Positions 59,931 to 64,000 of a DNA stretch of 64,000 bases are shown here, piece by piece; within the stretch, counting starts at the first letter, position 1, and each line of letters starts with the position of its first letter. Below the pieces are notes generated by a model, which saw nothing but the letters and a program-made list of their open reading frames with translations, did not search any database and had not been told where the DNA came from. This DNA comes from Octopus bimaculoides (taxonomy: Eukaryota): NCBI RefSeq assembly GCF_001194135.2, contig NC_068985.1, forward strand, positions 122,665,164 through 122,729,163, written 5' to 3'. The translations under genes and the position numbers were made by a program.

Positions 59931-61008
59931 AACACAAACACACAAATGCATATGCACAAAGAAACGAAAGTGTGCACGCGCGAACGTGTGTGGTATTCAG
60001 GTAGATATTGATGTCGCAATATGCCATTTCAGTTTTCTAGTAGTCGAGAAGAAAACTTACGTTGATTTTGCGTCTGAAACCTATAAGTAAAACCCATATT
60101 TACTGCCGGAGTGGTGGGATCAGAACGTTTACTCTTTGACTTGGCCATGCTGTATAGCTGTATCAATCCTGACATTTATATGTTTCTGTGGAGCTTGCAT
60201 TTATAAGAACAAGTACGGGGTACCATCCCAGATCTCTGAACATTATTCTGTAAGAGGCCTGAAGTAGCCAGAATTCAATTCAAAGGAAAACTGAGTTTTA
60301 GAAAGACATAAAGAGATTAAGAATTCTTCTGTTATCAAACAGGAAAATAATGACCTTTTCAAAATGTCAATTTTCCTATTTTGAAAGATATTAAAGTATT
60401 ACATAACCAACATGTTTAATGGCAACACAGACGTAAGCAGGTATAAGACGTGACCTTGAAATGTAATATAATTGTGTACTTCTCAACAAGAAGCCGAATC
60501 GAGGCTAGAGTTTTGTTACCATACCTCACATTACGTCAACTCTAACCAAATACTGAAATTACATTCTTCGTGTAAAGGAAGTTATTTTTTTTATTGAAAT
60601 TTCCTTTGATTTCGAGAAACTGATGTAAAAGAAGGAAGACGAGAAAATAACCCCGAAAGCAAGATCTGCGAAAGTAAGTGCAAAGAAAACTAACAGAAAA
60701 ACAAAATAAGCAAATATGCAATCGTACAGGTGTTGTTATCGCTTTGTGGTTAAGAAATTCGCTTAGTAACCACAAGGTCCAAGATTCGATCTCTTGCGCG
60801 AGATCTAGAGCAAGTTTCCTCTCCTGTAGATTTGAGTCCTGAATGGAAGTTGAGAGGCAGAAAGTACATGGGAGCCCATCGTGTAAATGTCTGACTGTGT
60901 GTATAAATCAATAAATATGTGTGTATAATATATCTATATATAACTATGTATGTATCTATCTAATATGCATACACACATGCACACATATGCATATATACGC
61001 ACACATAT

Positions 61009-61044
<36 letters not shown>

Positions 61045-62005
61045 NNNNNNNNNNNNNNNNNNNNNNNNNNNNNNNNNNNNNNNNNNNNNNNNNNNNNNNN
61101 NNNNNNNNNNNNNNNNNNNNNNNNNNNNNNNNNNNNNNNNNNNNNNNNNNNNNNNNNNNNNNNNNNNNNNNNNNNNNNNNNNNNNNNNNNNNNNNNNNNN
61201 NNNNNNNNNNNNNNNNNNNNNNNNNNNNNNNNNNNNNNNNNNNNNNNNNNNNNNNNNNNNNNNNNNNNNNNNNNNNNNNNNNNNNNNNNNNNNNNNNNNN
61301 NNNNNNNNNNNNNNNNNNNNNNNNNNNNNNNNNNNNNNNNNNNNNNNNNNNNNNNNNNNNNNNNNNNNNNNNNNNNNNNNNNNNNNNNNNNNNNNNNNNN
61401 NNNNNNNNNNNNNNNNNNNNNNNNNNNNNNNNNNNNNNNNNNNNNNNNNNNNNNNNNNNNNNNNNNNNNNNNNNNNNNNNNNNNNNNNNNNNNNNNNNNN
61501 NNNNNNNNNNNNNNNNNNNNNNNNNNNNNNNNNNNNNNNNNNNNNNNNNNNNNNNNNNNNNNNNNNNNNNNNNNNNNNNNNNNNNNNNNNNNNNNNNNNN
61601 NNNNNNNNNNNNNNNNNNNNNNNNNNNNNNNNNNNNNNNNNNNNNNNNNNNNNNNNNNNNNNNNNNNNNNNNNNNNNNNNNNNNNNNNNNNNNNNNNNNN
61701 NNNNNNNNNNNNNNNNNNNNNNNNNNNNNNNNNNNNNNNNNNNNNNNNNNNNNNNNNNNNNNNNNNNNNNNNNNNNNNNNNNNNNNNNNNNNNNNNNNNN
61801 NNNNNNNNNNNNNNNNNNNNNNNNNNNNNNNNNNNNNNNNNNNNNNNNNNNNNNNNNNNNNNNNNNNNNNNNNNNNNNNNNNNNNNNNNNNNNNNNNNNN
61901 NNNNNNNNNNNNNNNNNNNNNNNNNNNNNNNNNNNNNNNNNNNNNNNNNNNNNNNNNNNNNNNNNNNNNNNNNNNNNNNNNNNNNNNNNNNNNNNNNNNN
62001 NNNNN

Positions 62006-62058
<53 letters not shown>

Positions 62059-62078
62059 CGTATGTATAATTATATTAT

Positions 62079-62580
62079 AGCAATTAGAAAATGTATGGGA
62101 ATATGTGGTACTCATCAACTTGCAGACATTGTATTATGTCAATTTACCAGTTTATTTTTTAACTAAGAGGTCAATAAAAACAATATACAAACACATATGA
62201 CATATTGTGTTATATCAATATTCGGTCACTAGATGTCCTTTTTAATTTTAATTACTGTATGCTTTCTTCTTTCTTATTTGTGTGTCTTTCCTTACTAACG
62301 ATCAGCCTTTTTGTATTTTGCAAAATACAAAATGGCTGATCGTCAGTAACGAAAAACACACAAATAAGAAAGAAGAAAGCAAAGGACCACTGATGAGGTC
62401 ACAGAAGTGTGACGAAAGAACTCTGGCCGAAATACGATTAATGCAAAATAAACCCGAAGCAGATTAACACCAAATATATAGTGCGTGTGTTTTTATTGGC
62501 TAAACTGGCAACATGACCATCCCCAAATACAATAATATCTGTTTCAACACACGATTTCACATCAAGAATATATAAACGTA
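62079..62580. mobile_element. Mosaic Penelope-like cassette with a 58-bp palindrome (62292-62349) and a hammerhead (62387-62426, plus)
   Basis: Shares blocks with 44576-44745 and about 48070-48120. Hammerhead: CCA-CUGAUGA-G-GUCAC AGAAGU GUGAC-GAA-AG AA CU-C-UGG. Confidence 0.75.
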
Positions 62581-62603
62581 TACACACACACACACACACA
62601 CAC

Positions 62604-62643
<40 letters not shown>

Positions 62644-63352
62644 NNNNNNNNNNNNNNNNNNNNNNNNNNNNNNNNNNNNNNNNNNNNNNNNNNNNNNNNN
62701 NNNNNNNNNNNNNNNNNNNNNNNNNNNNNNNNNNNNNNNNNNNNNNNNNNNNNNNNNNNNNNNNNNNNNNNNNNNNNNNNNNNNNNNNNNNNNNNNNNNN
62801 NNNNNNNNNNNNNNNNNNNNNNNNNNNNNNNNNNNNNNNNNNNNNNNNNNNNNNNNNNNNNNNNNNNNNNNNNNNNNNNNNNNNNNNNNNNNNNNNNNNN
62901 NNNNNNNNNNNNNNNNNNNNNNNNNNNNNNNNNNNNNNNNNNNNNNNNNNNNNNNNNNNNNNNNNNNNNNNNNNNNNNNNNNNNNNNNNNNNNNNNNNNN
63001 NNNNNNNNNNNNNNNNNNNNNNNNNNNNNNNNNNNNNNNNNNNNNNNNNNNNNNNNNNNNNNNNNNNNNNNNNNNNNNNNNNNNNNNNNNNNNNNNNNNN
63101 NNNNNNNNNNNNNNNNNNNNNNNNNNNNNNNNNNNNNNNNNNNNNNNNNNNNNNNNNNNNNNNNNNNNNNNNNNNNNNNNNNNNNNNNNNNNNNNNNNNN
63201 NNNNNNNNNNNNNNNNNNNNNNNNNNNNNNNNNNNNNNNNNNNNNNNNNNNNNNNNNNNNNNNNNNNNNNNNNNNNNNNNNNNNNNNNNNNNNNGTGTGT
63301 GTGTGTGTGTGTGTGTGTGTGATATAATATGTGACAATTATTTGGTTGCCAT

Positions 63353-63413
63353 AATAAAACTCCGAGTTTCGGGTGTCGGGGCGGAAACCTGCTCCGGCAT
63401 CTCTTCAGTTATC
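63353..63413 (-). ncRNA. Type I hammerhead motif with canonical core
   Basis: GAUAA-CUGAAGA-GAUGCCGG..CCGACACCC-GAA-ACUC G GAGU-U-UUAUU. Stem II has two A-C mismatches and one extra C. Confidence 0.7.
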
Positions 63414-64000
63414 GAGGCAATTAAAATATGCTATGAAAATGACCGCTTAACAAAGGGAAATTACTATGTAAATGACCATAATTAAGACAAAAGAACTATT
63501 AGAATGACCATTAAATAAGGGAAAAGATCCCAAGGGGTGGAAGTAAAAGGTAAAGGAGTAAGAAAGCTCATAGCACGCGAGTGTAAGTGAGCATATCCAT
63601 ATATAGCATGTATGTTTTTCAGACGTGCATTTGAATATAACTGTGCGCGTATGGGTACGTGCACGTGTGTGTGTGTGTGTGTGTGTGCGCTCGTGTGTGT
63701 GGATTTGTATATGTGTACATACATGGTTGCATATATATGTGCATCTATTTGACGTATGTGTTGGTGCGAATGTGTGTGTGTTTCATGCGAGTCTGCGTGA
63801 ACATAAGCATATAGGCACATGTACGTGGGAGTGCATGCGTGCATGTGTATGTACATGCGCGCACACGCGATTGCTATGGAAACCGAATAATTGTCACATA
63901 TATATTACAAATAAATTCCTCTATTTACATAATACCGAGGTCTCTTTCATTGTTTTGTTGTCATACCATTACTATTGATATATATATATATATATATATA

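Noticed and set aside
60248-60276. Hammerhead-like CTGTAAGAGGCCTGAAGTAGCCAGAATTC
   Set aside because: Both core halves are corrupted and no stem I or III is visible, so at best this is an old relic.

Overview
This is AT-rich, repeat-saturated animal genomic DNA from a gapped draft assembly. The SINE families resemble those of octopus (inferred, not database-checked). The only confidently recognised host coding sequence is the first coding exon of a type II PKA regulatory subunit (RII dimerisation/docking domain) on the minus strand at 20592-20835. It has a splice acceptor just upstream, and the 20 kb downstream appears to be intron. The rest is mobile DNA: two mariner families, a rosa-like foldback remnant, a Tc1/mariner MITE, a Helitron 3' end, RTE, CR1, Tx1/L1 and two R4/Dong LINE remnants, at least four tRNA-derived SINE families in many copies, and many microsatellites. 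The most striking unexplained structure is a set of about ten type I hammerhead-ribozyme motifs from several unrelated cassettes, most sitting next to (TA)n/(TG)n microsatellites. They include intact cores, a G3:C8 compensatory swap, a group with a roughly 90-130 nt stem II, and a G5A copy lying sense in the PKA-RII intron. They are associated with inverted repeats and fold-back palindromes typical of Penelope-like or retrozyme elements. Other highlights are a tRNA-Thr(CGT)-like cloverleaf whose acceptor stem is extended by a 21-bp inverted repeat, a roughly 130-bp target-site-like duplication around a SINE dimer, and a candidate 12-nt neural-type microexon. All calls were made by eye; no searches or folding programs were run.
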